NCBI RefSeq assembly: GCF_000142905.1
Contig: NW_013657612.1
Location: 76,328-140,327, forward strand
Length of the DNA: 64,000 nucleotides
DNA from: Thecamonas trahens ATCC 50062
Lineage: Eukaryota > Protista > Apusomonadida
Direction of reading: 5' to 3'
The notes below the pieces were generated by a model. That model did no database searches, was not told the origin of the DNA, and saw nothing but the letters and a program-made list of their open reading frames with translations. Positions 1 through 11,088 of the stretch are shown here, piece by piece. How positions within the stretch are numbered: the first letter of the stretch is position 1; every line of letters starts with the position of its first letter. A program made the translations under genes and the position numbers.

Positions 1-5
1 AGCGG

Positions 6-923
6 ATGCTGCAACATGATATGGGCAGCATGCGCGCGGAGCACGGGAGGGCCAAGGCGGATCTGCGGCGGCAGGTGGTACAGCTGCAGGCTGCTGTAGA
101 CGACGGGGCACGTCGGGAGGCTGAGGCCGAGGCGCTCGCGCGGGCGGCAGAAGAGCGGGCTTCGCAGGCAGAGTTTAGCTTGATGCGGGTTCAGGCTGAG
201 CTGGAAGTCGACCGTGGCCAGGCGGAGCGTCTACTTGCGGAGCGCAAGGCTGACCGGCAGCTGCTCGACGTGGTGTCGCGGGAGCGTGAGGTGGCACAAC
301 GTCAGGAAAAGGCGGCGCGGGTCGAAGCTACCAATGCAAAGGCCGCGGCCGAGGCGGCTGAGGCCAAGGCTTCGTCGCTGGCTGTCGAGTTGGCGGTGAC
401 AACGAGCGCGCTGGAATCGCTCGCGGCGCAGCACAATGCCGAGGCCGAGCAGCTGCGCGCCGCCGTGGCAGCAGCGGAGGAGGAGGCGGAGCTCCAGCGT
501 GTGGCGGCGACCAAATACCAGAAGCTGCTTCTGGCGTCTGACAACTCACGGGCCGCGCTCAAGCTTGCGCGCGAGAGCGACGCGGCGGCGGCGGCGGCGG
601 AGCGCGAGTGGAGCGAGGGCGCGATGGCGCGGGCGACGCGCGGGCAGTCGGAGCTGCTGCAGCTCGACTATCTGACCGGGGAGCTGTCGGCGACGCAGAA
701 GCGAACGAGCGAACTCGAGGGCCAGCTGATGGCAGCAGCACAGGAGCTACTGGCAGCCCGAGATGAGATCGACCGGCTGCGACCAGAGACGCGGTCGGTC
801 GGGGTGCAGGTGGCGCTGGCTGCGCGGCGGTCGAAGCGGTCAGCAAGCGTGGTCTCAGAGACATGGTCCGAGACGTCGAGCCCCGGGCGACCGCAGGTGT
901 TCTGGTGGCAGGGTAAAGTGTAG
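6..923 (+). CDS. Coiled-coil protein, probably the 3' part of a gene that begins before the window
   Basis: 305-aa Ala/Glu/Arg-rich heptad-like ORF. The frame is open to the window edge. Confidence 0.6.
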   Translation: MLQHDMGSMRAEHGRAKADLRRQVVQLQAAVDDGARREAEAEALARAAEERASQAEFSLMRVQAELEVDRGQAERLLAERKADRQLLDVVSREREVAQRQEKAARVEATNAKAAAEAAEAKASSLAVELAVTTSALESLAAQHNAEAEQLRAAVAAAEEEAELQRVAATKYQKLLLASDNSRAALKLARESDAAAAAAEREWSEGAMARATRGQSELLQLDYLTGELSATQKRTSELEGQLMAAAQELLAARDEIDRLRPETRSVGVQVALAARRSKRSASVVSETWSETSSPGRPQVFWWQGKV

Positions 924-950
924 CAGTCGCATCAGCGTTGCGCGAGTTGA

Positions 951-2120
951 CTATGCATGGCGTGAGCGGAGAAGCTCGGCAAGGGCCGGATGGCCCATTT
1001 CGGCAGCAACGTCAGACGGGACATTGCCCTGATCGTCGGGCCCGGCGACGGCTTTGTGACCATAGGAGTCGAGGAGAAAGAGGCAGGCGGCGGTGTTGCC
1101 GCGCTGGGCAGCCTTGTGCATCGGAGTTCGACCGGTCTTCTGGCGGGCAGTCATAAGGGTGGCGGCGGCGTGCGGCGAGCCGGCAGCGTCGATGACCCAC
1201 TGGAGGCAAGCAAGAGCTAGGTCGCCATCGTCAGAGTCGTTGTCCGCGGGCGCGGCCGAGGCGCCCGGCGGGGTGGCGCGGACCGACTTGGCGGTGCACA
1301 TAGAGGCCCAGTGTGCAGCAGCGCAGCCCCAGTCATTGATGCGGGCAAGATCGGCGCCGGCGTCAAGCAGAGCCTGGGCGGCGTCAAAGTGTGCGCCGTA
1401 GAGCGCGAGATGCAGGGGGGTGGTGCCGTCGCCAGTGGGCACATCGACCAGCAGACCGCTAAAGCGATCGGCGAGCAGATAAGAGACGACTGCCGTCTGG
1501 CCGTTCCGCGCAGCCCAGTGCAGGACAGTTCGGCCGCCGCGGGTCCCGCCTGTGTCGCGGGCAGCCAAGGCGGAGGTATCGATGGCGCCTGGCCCGCGAT
1601 TGATGAGCTCGTCGAGGACATCGACATGGCCGTTGCCCGCGGCCCACTCTGCGGCCGTAGATCCGTGTTTGTCAAGACCCTGAGTGGTCCAGTCCCAGCC
1701 TTGAGCAATAAGTGTGCGGACAGCCGACAGATCGCCAGCAGCTGCGGCGAGGAGACCGGGATGTAGACCGCGATGAGGATCAAAGACGAGGCCATTCCGA
1801 TCGATACCGGCATGGATCTTCTCCTTCTCGGCCTCGATGAGAGCGGCATCAACCCCACTCTGTCCGTCGACAGTAGATGATGCCCAGTGACCTTGTCCCG
1901 GGCGGTGGAAGGTCTCCAGGTGGGCCCGGAGCCCCCTTCCACGGGCAAATCGCTTCCGCCACATGGGCCGAGGGCCCGGGACGACGATGAGCTTGCGGGC
2001 GGCCTGGTTAGCAGCAAAGCGGCGGTCTCGCTCGGCCACACACACAGGACACTTGACCCATCCGTCGTCGACCCCGCGGCCGGTCGTAGTTGCTCCGTCG
2101 ATGATGCCGGCGAGGGCCAT
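951..2120 (-). CDS. Ankyrin-repeat protein with an N-terminal putative Zn-binding motif
   Basis: Ankyrin motifs GSTAAEWAAGNGH, GRTVLHWAARNGQ, GTTPLHLALYGAH and GRTPMHKAAQRGN. N-terminal CPVC...LRAHLETFH. Confidence 0.85.
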   Translation of the reverse strand: MALAGIIDGATTTGRGVDDGWVKCPVCVAERDRRFAANQAARKLIVVPGPRPMWRKRFARGRGLRAHLETFHRPGQGHWASSTVDGQSGVDAALIEAEKEKIHAGIDRNGLVFDPHRGLHPGLLAAAAGDLSAVRTLIAQGWDWTTQGLDKHGSTAAEWAAGNGHVDVLDELINRGPGAIDTSALAARDTGGTRGGRTVLHWAARNGQTAVVSYLLADRFSGLLVDVPTGDGTTPLHLALYGAHFDAAQALLDAGADLARINDWGCAAAHWASMCTAKSVRATPPGASAAPADNDSDDGDLALACLQWVIDAAGSPHAAATLMTARQKTGRTPMHKAAQRGNTAACLFLLDSYGHKAVAGPDDQGNVPSDVAAEMGHPALAELLRSRHA

Positions 2121-2221
2121 GTGGTGGGTTAGGGGAGGGGGGGGGTGCTCGGGCGAGACGAGTGTGGGATCGGACTGAGTGGAGTGGCGGGAGGAGGGGG
2201 GGGGGGGGGGGGAGGGGGATG

Positions 2222-5200
2222 TTACTGGTCGGGGCCCATCATGCTGTCGACGTTCTGGGTTGTCGGCATCGATGAGTTGACAGAGTCGAGGACGGGGATG
2301 TTCGAGTCCGAGGTGATACTCTCGAGGGGAATTCCGTCGTTGATGACGAGCTGGGCCTCGCTGCCGTGAGCGAGATGTTGAACGTCGTCGATGGCAAACG
2401 AGCCGTGCGGGCCGGCAGCAGCAATGAACACGTCGTCGACATCGTCACTGGAAAAAGCCTTGCCGGCAAAGGCGCGATCGACGGCCGCCTCATCGCGGGC
2501 GCGGATGCGCCAGACTTCATAGGCGACGCCGAGGATGACAACAGCGAGGAGGGCAAGGAGGCTGGTGATGACCACAGCGTCGCGGAGGTGGTGCGAAGAA
2601 GTGATCGTCCCACCCCACAAAAGTACAAACGAGCAGAGGACAGTGATGGCGTCAAGGATGTTGTGGTAGTCCTCAATGTAAGGCCGATGCCGCAAGGCGA
2701 GTGAGACAACGGCATGGCAGGCGAGGAAGAGCGCGACTAGCGTGGCCTTGACCGTCGCCGATCGAAAGGCACAGACCGCAACCACGACAAAGAGCTTGCG
2801 CCCCAGAATCACCAGCTCATAGCCGTAAAGATGCGGCTTGTAGCGTGCCACGAGAAAGGCGTACCGCGAGACAAAGCTGAACATGTCGAGGCGGCGATGC
2901 TGGCGGCGGAGGAAGACTGCAAGGACGGTCGGGATTGAGAGCCCGTAGCCCGCAGCCACAGTCAAGATCATGGGTAGGAGACCGTACCAGGCGCCTGTGT
3001 AGCATCGTCGCTCGGGGTTGGTTGTCATGACCACAATCCCTCCGCCGACGTCCGTGCAGTCAACGTAGCGCAGGGCGGCGTACATCAGCGGGAGGTAGAG
3101 GAGAAGGATGGTCTGCAAGTAGCCGCGGCCGGCGGCAGCCAGAACTCGCGGATTCGGCGTGATAGGCGAGCTCTTGGCCTCGGCGATGTTGACGGCGATG
3201 TTGACGGCGGCGGTGACGACGGCAAAAGGGAGCAGAAACAGGACGGGTAGCGCCATAGTCATGCCCCATTTGAACATCCACACATCGCCGACGTCGAGGC
3301 CGCACTCGGGCGACGCAAGATCAAGGTTGAGATTGACGAGCGAGACGGCGTCAAAGACGGCTTCGGCAATCGGGTGCCACTCGAGGCGGATAGTGCCGTA
3401 GAGCGCGACCGATTGCAGCGTGTTGAGGGCGATGACAAAAGAAGCATAGCCGTAGACCTTGGTGTTGCGAGTGTTGATCCATACAACGCCGGTCACGTAG
3501 ACAAGGACCAGGACAACAAGCACGACGACGATGACCGCGTTCGATCCCTTGCACTTGCGGCACGAGTCGCTCAGCCGATAGTAGCCCGACGCGCACTGCG
3601 CGCAGAGTCGACCGGTGTATCCGGAGGAGCACCTCCCGTCGCCAGCGCAAGCCGCCTGCTGCGGGCATGCCACAAAGGCCGAGCCATCGTCGGTGGTCTC
3701 ATAGCCCGGAGCCGCGCGCGGCGGGGTGTTGCCTCCAGCACACACAGCGCCGATCGGGCACGGCACACACGGCTTGCCGCGGGTCCGTGGGCCATATCCA
3801 AACCAGAACGTCGGCAGACAAGTGCAGTTCAAGAACGACGGCGAGGCCTCGGGCGATGCAGTGAACTCGGGACAGGCGGTGCAAGTCGGCGAGTTGATTT
3901 CGTCCGAGTACGAGCCGGCACCGCAGGTGGTGCATCGCACGCCATCGAGGACGCGCGATCCAGGCGCGCACGTCGCGGCGGCGGAGAGCACAAACGGCGA
4001 GCCGAGAATGTCGTCGCCGGCGATCTCTACCACAAGAGTGTACGTGCCTCCATCGTCAACGACGAGCTCGAAGGCAAGCGTGTCTGCGGCGACGTAGACC
4101 GGTTCGATCAGGCGACTCACCCCTCCGGACTTGATGGTGACCGAGACATGGTCTGCGGGCGGCTGCTGCGCCAGAGCATTACCATAGGCGTCAGCAAGAT
4201 GGACGGTGTACCAGACCGACTTGCCTGTCTCCTGATCAAGGGTGCCCGACGGCGGCAGGTCGACGAGGTACGAGCCAGTGGGCGAGGCAGGTCCCGGGCG
4301 GGTGGTGACGGTTAGTGACGTGAGCCCATTGGTGATAGGAAGGTTGTTGATGGCAAAGTGGTACACAAAGGTGCCAATGGTGGTTGGGGCACGGGCAACC
4401 GCGGTGTACTCACCAGTTGTCGGCATGGTGATCGAGGTGAGGACCGAGTTTGACGAGCCGAGTGCGCCGGCGAACAGCAGATCGGTGCCGGTCGATGTTG
4501 GGATGTTGTTCACGTCGCGGAGAGAGTAGTAGATATTGTAGTCGGCACCAGCATCCAGAGTGAGCGGTGGGCTCGTGTCGAGGGTGACAAAAGAGAGCGC
4601 GATGTCGAGCGAGGAGCAAAAGGGGGCAAACGAGCCGGACCAGGCGGATCCGGCGCTGCAAGTCCGCGAGACGTCGCCAACGACAGAGAATCCGGCGTTA
4701 CAGCTGTAGGCACAGGTCTCACCATAGGCAGCCGGGTGCGAGGTGTTGGATGCACCGGAGCAGACGACGTTGCCGTTGACAGGCACGCTGAGCGGAGCGC
4801 ACTCGACGTATTCGCAGATGGTGATGTTGCCGGACCAGCTGCCGCCGATGCAGGTACGGATCGCCGGGCCAGATACAAGACTGATGCCCGGATCACAGGC
4901 TATGGTCGCCACCGAGCCAGTGTAGCCAAAGTTGGAGTAGGTGATAGTTCCGCCAACGAGCGGTGGGATGAGCGGGCAGGCGTATGGCGGCGGCGGCGAT
5001 GGCGGCGGCGGCGACGGCGGCGGGGACGGTGGTGGCGGCGGTGGCGGTGGGACGCATGTGATTGTGCTCGGGTCTGACGACCAGGTCCGGTCGGGCCGAC
5101 ATGCTACATATGGCGATCCGCGGGTGCCTGAAAGGTAAGCCGGGGGGTGGCATGCGAGGGCGAGGGTGTCCCCGATGGCGGCGGTCGTGGCGTTGACCAG

Positions 5201-5899
5201 GGGATCAAAGGCGACGGTGCCGCCCGCGAGCGCCGGGAACGGGTCACAGTACTGGATGATGCCGATAGAGAGGGCTGGCGTACCGCCTCCCGCCTCAGTT
5301 CCGACATCGAGGTGAGCAAGCTGAGGGTAGCAGTTGTTACAGGAAAGGCGGACGAGGAGAAAGTCGGTAAAATCCGGATCGGAGATGACAGCGTGGACGA
5401 GGGCAGCAAACTGAGCATCGCCTGCACCGATGACAAAGGGCTCGGCCGAGGTGAGCGGCTTGGTGTACGCCTCGCCCTGCGATGTGGCCACAATTCCATT
5501 ATAGTTTGTGAACGGCGGCGTTGTGAGCAGGTTGCGGACGCCATCGAGATTGAAGAAGGCCATACTGTAGTAGTCGGAGGGTAAAAAGCCCCACAGGACG
5601 TTGTCGAAGCGAACAAAAGTCGTGTCGGGATCGATTCTCCAGATGCCTGAGAGGTCGAGGAGCAGCGGAGAGAAGCGAAAGGCGAGATGGCCAAAGAAAA
5701 TTGTCGGGCGATCACTATCTTCTAGTGGAAAAGTAGCAAAGGGATGTGTGTCCATCTGGACTAGCATGTCCGAGGTCTTGTTGGCGTGACCAACGACGAC
5801 TGCCGGCGAAGAAGATGCCGTGACGCACGCGGCGACCATGACAAAGACGAATACATGGCTCACCAGAACGAGTGTAGCACTTGAGGAGACAGAGAACAT
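2222..5899 (-). CDS. Large cell-surface multi-pass membrane protein: signal peptide, sushi/CCP domains, Pro-rich stalk, filamin/Ig-like repeats, GCC2/GCC3 (ephrin-receptor-like) Cys-rich repeats, multi-TM C-terminus
   Basis: Sushi patterns (C...C...RTC...WSG..P.C), poly-Pro, GDDILGSPF filamin-like motif, CTTCGAGSYS...CTACP, many hydrophobic helices. First ATG is at 5899; the ORF-track start 5926 is TTG. Confidence 0.8.
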   Translation of the reverse strand: MFSVSSSATLVLVSHVFVFVMVAACVTASSSPAVVVGHANKTSDMLVQMDTHPFATFPLEDSDRPTIFFGHLAFRFSPLLLDLSGIWRIDPDTTFVRFDNVLWGFLPSDYYSMAFFNLDGVRNLLTTPPFTNYNGIVATSQGEAYTKPLTSAEPFVIGAGDAQFAALVHAVISDPDFTDFLLVRLSCNNCYPQLAHLDVGTEAGGGTPALSIGIIQYCDPFPALAGGTVAFDPLVNATTAAIGDTLALACHPPAYLSGTRGSPYVACRPDRTWSSDPSTITCVPPPPPPPPSPPPSPPPPSPPPPYACPLIPPLVGGTITYSNFGYTGSVATIACDPGISLVSGPAIRTCIGGSWSGNITICEYVECAPLSVPVNGNVVCSGASNTSHPAAYGETCAYSCNAGFSVVGDVSRTCSAGSAWSGSFAPFCSSLDIALSFVTLDTSPPLTLDAGADYNIYYSLRDVNNIPTSTGTDLLFAGALGSSNSVLTSITMPTTGEYTAVARAPTTIGTFVYHFAINNLPITNGLTSLTVTTRPGPASPTGSYLVDLPPSGTLDQETGKSVWYTVHLADAYGNALAQQPPADHVSVTIKSGGVSRLIEPVYVAADTLAFELVVDDGGTYTLVVEIAGDDILGSPFVLSAAATCAPGSRVLDGVRCTTCGAGSYSDEINSPTCTACPEFTASPEASPSFLNCTCLPTFWFGYGPRTRGKPCVPCPIGAVCAGGNTPPRAAPGYETTDDGSAFVACPQQAACAGDGRCSSGYTGRLCAQCASGYYRLSDSCRKCKGSNAVIVVVLVVLVLVYVTGVVWINTRNTKVYGYASFVIALNTLQSVALYGTIRLEWHPIAEAVFDAVSLVNLNLDLASPECGLDVGDVWMFKWGMTMALPVLFLLPFAVVTAAVNIAVNIAEAKSSPITPNPRVLAAAGRGYLQTILLLYLPLMYAALRYVDCTDVGGGIVVMTTNPERRCYTGAWYGLLPMILTVAAGYGLSIPTVLAVFLRRQHRRLDMFSFVSRYAFLVARYKPHLYGYELVILGRKLFVVVAVCAFRSATVKATLVALFLACHAVVSLALRHRPYIEDYHNILDAITVLCSFVLLWGGTITSSHHLRDAVVITSLLALLAVVILGVAYEVWRIRARDEAAVDRAFAGKAFSSDDVDDVFIAAAGPHGSFAIDDVQHLAHGSEAQLVINDGIPLESITSDSNIPVLDSVNSSMPTTQNVDSMMGPDQ

Positions 5900-6085
5900 G
5901 ACACAGTGTGGAAGAATGTGATACAATAGACGGCTTTGGTGTTCAAGAGAAATGGGGAACTTGACTGTTTTGCTCTGTGGCAGTAGGGGGGGGTGGGGGG
6001 GTTCGGAAAAATATGGGGCGCGCAGGGGGAAGGGTAGGGGGGGAGGGTGGGGAAGTGGGGGGGGGGGATAGTCGAGGCGATGGCT

Positions 6086-7529
6086 CTACTTGTACGACTG
6101 GCCTACGGATGTGAGGACGAGGACGTTGACGGTGACAGAGACGATGCCGCCGATGGCACCGCCGATGATGAGGGCCCAGGCGCCGTAGTAGTAGGCCGGC
6201 GATGGGCTCATCAGGTGGTAGAGGCGGACGTAGAAGAGGCCTGGGAGGATGTAGACGATAGCGACGCCAAAGACGGAGCCTGAGAAGCCAAAGACGGTGG
6301 CGACGTTGTCGGTGGCAATGGCGATGCCGTTGGTGATGAGGACGATGGCGACGGTGAGGGCCTTGAAGCGCCAGTACGGCGGGTCGTCAGCAGCGGCGGC
6401 AACAGGGGAGGCGCTGCGGAAGAGGAACGAGTCGAGGTTCTCGCGGAGAGCAAAGAGGACGAGCGGGTAGGAAAGGATGAGGGCGAGGCCAAGAGTGAGG
6501 CGGGCGATGAGGACGGGGACCCAATCCGGCGAAAAGTTGTTGAGGACATCGCCCTGGGTGTGCTCGCCAAACTGAAAGTAGCCGATGAGGGCGTAGGCAA
6601 GATACATGATGAGGGCGACGAGGCACGAGGTGTTGGTGACGACGTGGATGCGAGTCGAGGACCGCTGAGCAAGCTCGCGGTAGAACGAGAGCGCGTTGTA
6701 GTGGGCAGTGTAGGCGACGACAAGAAGGGGAAGGCGAGAGTGAGGCCGGGCTTGAAGCGGACAAGCTTGACGGATGGCTCAATGCCAGTGTCCGCCAGGT
6801 GATCCGCGAGGACACCGAGGGTGTAGACGACGCAGACAAGGGCGAGCAGCGAGGAGTACTGGAGGGCGTCGAGGCGCTGCGGGAGGGAGAGTGGGAGCAT
6901 AAAGACGACGGCGACGGCAGCGATGATAAAGTCGCGGTTGACCCAGAGTGAGGAGGAGGAGAGCCAGTGGGCAAAGACGCGCGGGATAAAGTCGCCGATA
7001 AGAACGCCGCGGCCGATGCAAGTGCCAGCGGTGTAGCAGATGAGGATGAGCTCGCAAATCTTTGCCATGCGCATGCCGTAGGCGCGGACGGCGATGTCGC
7101 GGTAGGAGAAGAGGCCTGTTGCATCGTGGAGGCGGATGAGAAGCGAGAAGGAGAACATGGAGGCGATGCAGGTGACAATGAGCATGACGCAGCCGATGAT
7201 GGTTCCGGCCGAGCGGAGAGCATACGGCAGGGTGATGACGCCTGCGCCCACGATGGTGTTGGAGAGGTTGAAGATCGACGACGGAATCGAGGCTGTGCCG
7301 TAGCTCTTGAGTGGCGAGGTGATGAGTGCGGTGTCTTCGGATGCATGGGCTGTATTGACCGTACTGTGGACAGAGAGGAGAGGTGGTGGTGAGTGGGATG
7401 GGTAGGGATGAGGTAGGCAAGGGATGAGGTGGACAGGCAGGCAATGGTGAGGCAGGCAACCAGCCAGCGTGAGGCATGTAGGACGAGCTAGCACACGTAC
7501 GTATTCAAGGTGGGGCCAGGACGGGACAT
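6086..7529 (-). CDS. Amino-acid transporter (Aa_trans / SLC38-like). Exon 1 is 7529-7501, intron 7500-7364, with an apparent 1-nt frameshift near 6727
   Basis: SIFNLSNTIVGAGVITLPYA and GYFQFGEHTQGDVLNNF motifs. The GTACGT...CACAG intron restores phase (AC|T). Adding one C in TTCCCCTTCTTGTC joins the two ORFs (FPLLVVAYTAHYN). Confidence 0.85.
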
Positions 7530-7636
7530 GGCTACAACCACTCTGTTCCCGTCGACAACAAGGTGGGTGGTGGTAGTCCTGGTGGGGAGGAGTGGTGGCC
7601 GAGGTTGAGACCAGGGCATGTGTGTGTGTGGTGGGG

Positions 7637-7736
7637 NNNNNNNNNNNNNNNNNNNNNNNNNNNNNNNNNNNNNNNNNNNNNNNNNNNNNNNNNNNNNNNN
7701 NNNNNNNNNNNNNNNNNNNNNNNNNNNNNNNNNNNN
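7637..7736. other. Assembly gap (100 N)
   Basis: Run of N flanked by poly-G. Confidence 1.
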
Positions 7737-7768
7737 GGGAGGGGGGGGGGGAGTCCTCTCAAGCCGGG

Positions 7769-7806
7769 GGCTCGCACGGGCGGCTCGCACGGGCGGCTCG
7801 CATGGC
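7769..7806. repeat. Short tandem repeat, 13-mer GGCTCGCACGGGC, about 3 copies
   Basis: Two perfect copies plus a degenerate third, read directly. Confidence 0.8.
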
Positions 7807-7862
7807 GGGACACGACAGATGGGTACGGTACGACGGTTTCGGCTCATCGCAGCCTACAATGT

Positions 7863-10683
7863 TTACCACTGCACTCCTGCCAGAGTCATCGACACAGGAA
7901 GAGGCGGCGGCGGCGGGAGCGACTCGGACGCGGTTGACGACGAGTCGGAGGAGGTCGTCGGCGATGAGACCGTCGAGTTGGACGCGAGCCGGGAAGTGGC
8001 AGGGGAGGTTGGCGAGATTGGCGAGGTCGGCGAGCCTTCGCCGGTCAGCTCGCGAATGCGCAGTTCGGCAGGAATTGCAAGCGTGAGCTGCGGGAAGCCC
8101 CCAGCCGTCGGCGATGCTGAGAACGAGCTCGCCACAGACGGCGACCGCGGACTGGCAGTCATCGCTGTCGCCGACGGCGGAAGCGCACACTGGATGGCTT
8201 CCATCGTGTCGAGAAAGGCGAGTCCAGAGCCCTCAAAGTACGTCTCCATGTCATCGATCATCGGTTGCCGCACAGGCTCCGCGGGTGTCGCGCTCACGCC
8301 AGCCGCCACGGTCGCCTCCTCAACTCCAGACGACGACTCGATGGCGTCAATGTCCACCACAGAAAAGTCCACATCCGACGACTTGCGCACAGCACTTGGC
8401 GTCGCCATCCACAGTGCCGGCCGCTTCTTCCGCTGGGTGGCACGCCGGATCTCGTACCCGATGCCGCCCACGACGACAGCAACCAAGGACAGCAGCGCCG
8501 CAATGATGCACGCGTCGCGGAAGCCCGACGGCTTGCCGCTCGCGGCTGACCACACCACCACAACCGCGCAGCCGCTGCCGGCGGCCGCCATCGCGTTGTG
8601 GCGCGGCCGGACGTACGGCCGGTGACGCCGGACAGCGTCGTGGATGGAGAGCATGACAAGCACAAGCCCCACCACAAACGCCTTGGTCTGCGCCGACCGC
8701 ACCACACACACACCCAGCACCACAGCAAGCTGCTTGCCGAGTATCACGCCGTCATACCAAGGGATACCCGCCTTGAACTTGGCGGTGAGAAAGGCCAGCC
8801 GCCGGCGGCGGAGCGCAACCAGGACCGTCGCTAGCCCCGCGGGAACGCCGGCGCTGTACACCACGGCCGCCACCATCACCAGCGGCAGCATCTGATACCA
8901 CTCGTCGGTGTAGCATCGCTGCTGCGGGTTGGTCGTCATCACCGCCACCCGCTGCTGACATAGGTGCAGTCGACATACTGCAGCGCGCCGTAGACGAGCG
9001 GCAGATACAAAGTATCAGCGTCTGGGCATACCCGCGCGCCGCGCCGCGCATCACCCGCGAAGTCACCCCGCCGCGCGCAGTCTTGGCTGCTCCGCGCCGC
9101 TGCACTCTGGTCACTACCGCTGTCGCGACCAAGTACGGCAGCACAAACAAGAGCGGCAGCGCCATCGTCATACCAAACTTGAACATCCACGCATCATGCG
9201 CGCCGAGCCCGCATCCGGGTGCCGCGAGATCAAGGTTGACATTGGCCAGCGAGACCGCGTCCAACACGGCCCGCGCTACAGGGTGCCACTCCAGCTGGAG
9301 CGTGCCGATGAGGCCTACCACCTGTGCTGTGTTGATCGCGATGCCCGCTGCTGCAGTCATCGCGTGCGCGTCGCGGGAGTTGAGCCACACGCTGCCTACC
9401 GCATAACCAAAAACCGCCAGCACCATGCTGGTCGCCACCAACCCACTCGCCGCGCTGCACGACCGGCATACTCCACCGATGAGGTAATATCCGCTCGCAC
9501 ACGCGCCACACAGTGGCCCAGTGTACCCCCGTCTACACCCGTTGCCTTCAGAACATGCGCCTGCGAGCGGGCATGCCACAAATGACAACGGCGCATCGCC
9601 ACTGGGGGCAAAGCCAGGTGCGGCGACCGGGGCAGCGTCTCCGCCGGTGCACTCTGCGCCGAGTGGACACGCCATGCAGCGCAACTCGAGCAGGTCTTCG
9701 GTTCGCGCTGCCCAGTAGCCCCGCAAGCAAGAGCAGTTGGTGATGCTTGCCGACCGGGCCGGCGAGGTCGAGAAGTTCGGGCAAGCGGTGCAGCGAGCGG
9801 CACCATTGCTCGCCGAGTAAGTCCCGGCATCACACGGCGAGCACTCTGCTGCGCCCTGCATCGCAACCTCGCCATCGGCACAGACTGGCGCCGGGACACA
9901 CTGGACCGCCGGCGGCATCACATTCCACGCACCGTCGATACATGTCACTGTCGCGGGACCGACAAGCACCGTCCCGTCCTCGCATCGAACCGCAAGCGCG
10001 TCGCCAGCCGGCGCGCTGGTGGTGCCGGTGACCGGCGAGCGTGCAATGCTACCGCGCGGCAGAGCCGGATACTCTGGACACACGTGGTAGTAGCCGACCT
10101 CAAAGGTGACGGGCGCGGTGGCCAATTGATGGCTGCGATTGGTGTCGGGAGCTAGAAGCTCGAGCCGCACGACGAGCCAGCCGCCAAACTGCGGCGCGTC
10201 GACCGCGGCCTGGACGAGCTTGTCGATATCGACCACAAACGGGTTCATGTTTGTGGTGGCTGGCCAGCTGACCATCGGGCCTATCCGCGGCACCGCGTCA
10301 AGGCCACCAGTTGCGGTCCATGGCGCTGTGTTGAGTGGCCCGCCGACGCCGAGATGATCGTAGGCGTACGCCCGAACCGTCCACAGTGCCGATGACGACG
10401 ACTCGCCATCCACCAGTTGCGGTAGTGTGATCCGAGTTGACATCGAGTCCACTTGCAGCCTGCCGAGTGCCGGGAGCGCCAAGCTGCGCAGATCGAGTCG
10501 AAGCGCCACAAGCTCGTCAGCCATGGCCACATAGCCTGTCACCGCCGTCGAGTTCCCGTTCATTGAACTCATCTTTCGGGCGTCGACCTCGAGATTGAGC
10601 GAGCCCGAGACCGAGAGCAGAACGGCAGCATGACTGGTAGTTATGAGCAGTGCCAACGCCAGCGCCATGAGTTTCAGAGCCAT
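7863..10683 (-). CDS. Paralog of the 2222-5899 receptor (signal peptide, one sushi, Cys-rich repeats, multi-TM; no filamin repeats). Two apparent 1-nt frameshifts at about 9010 and 8948; gene or recent pseudogene
   Basis: Shared motifs LEWHPVARAVLDAVSLANVNLDLAAPGCGL, WMFKFGMTMALP, YLPLVYGALQYVDCT and VMTTNPQQRCYT are spread over three frames. Signal-peptide ATG at 10683. Confidence 0.75.
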
Positions 10684-11088
10684 GCTGGCCTTGCGTGGCG
10701 AGCCAGACCGAGAGGTGAGGTTGCGGAGAGCGAGTTGAGGAACAACTCGGAAATTTTTTGTCATTCTTCCGCCGCACGCGTCGGTCTCTGCTGGCCGGTA
10801 ACGAGTTGCGAGCGATGACGGAGAGCGAGATGAGGACAAGCTGATGTATGAGAGTGGCTCGAGAACTCCCGTAGCACCAGTCGTTGCGTGAGGCACAGAC
10901 TTTGTGGCTTGTGCGAGGTGATCCGGGTTAAACTCCGGGTTGAATGCAGGGAGGAGGTCGAGGCCAAACGGTCGGCACGTGCGTGGAGTGGAATGGTATG
11001 TGGCTCAACCCCCGCACTTGGCACTAAGCCTTGTTGCTGGGGCCGCAAACTTGGCGAGTGTGCTTGGGAAAACAAGGATTTACCCCGA

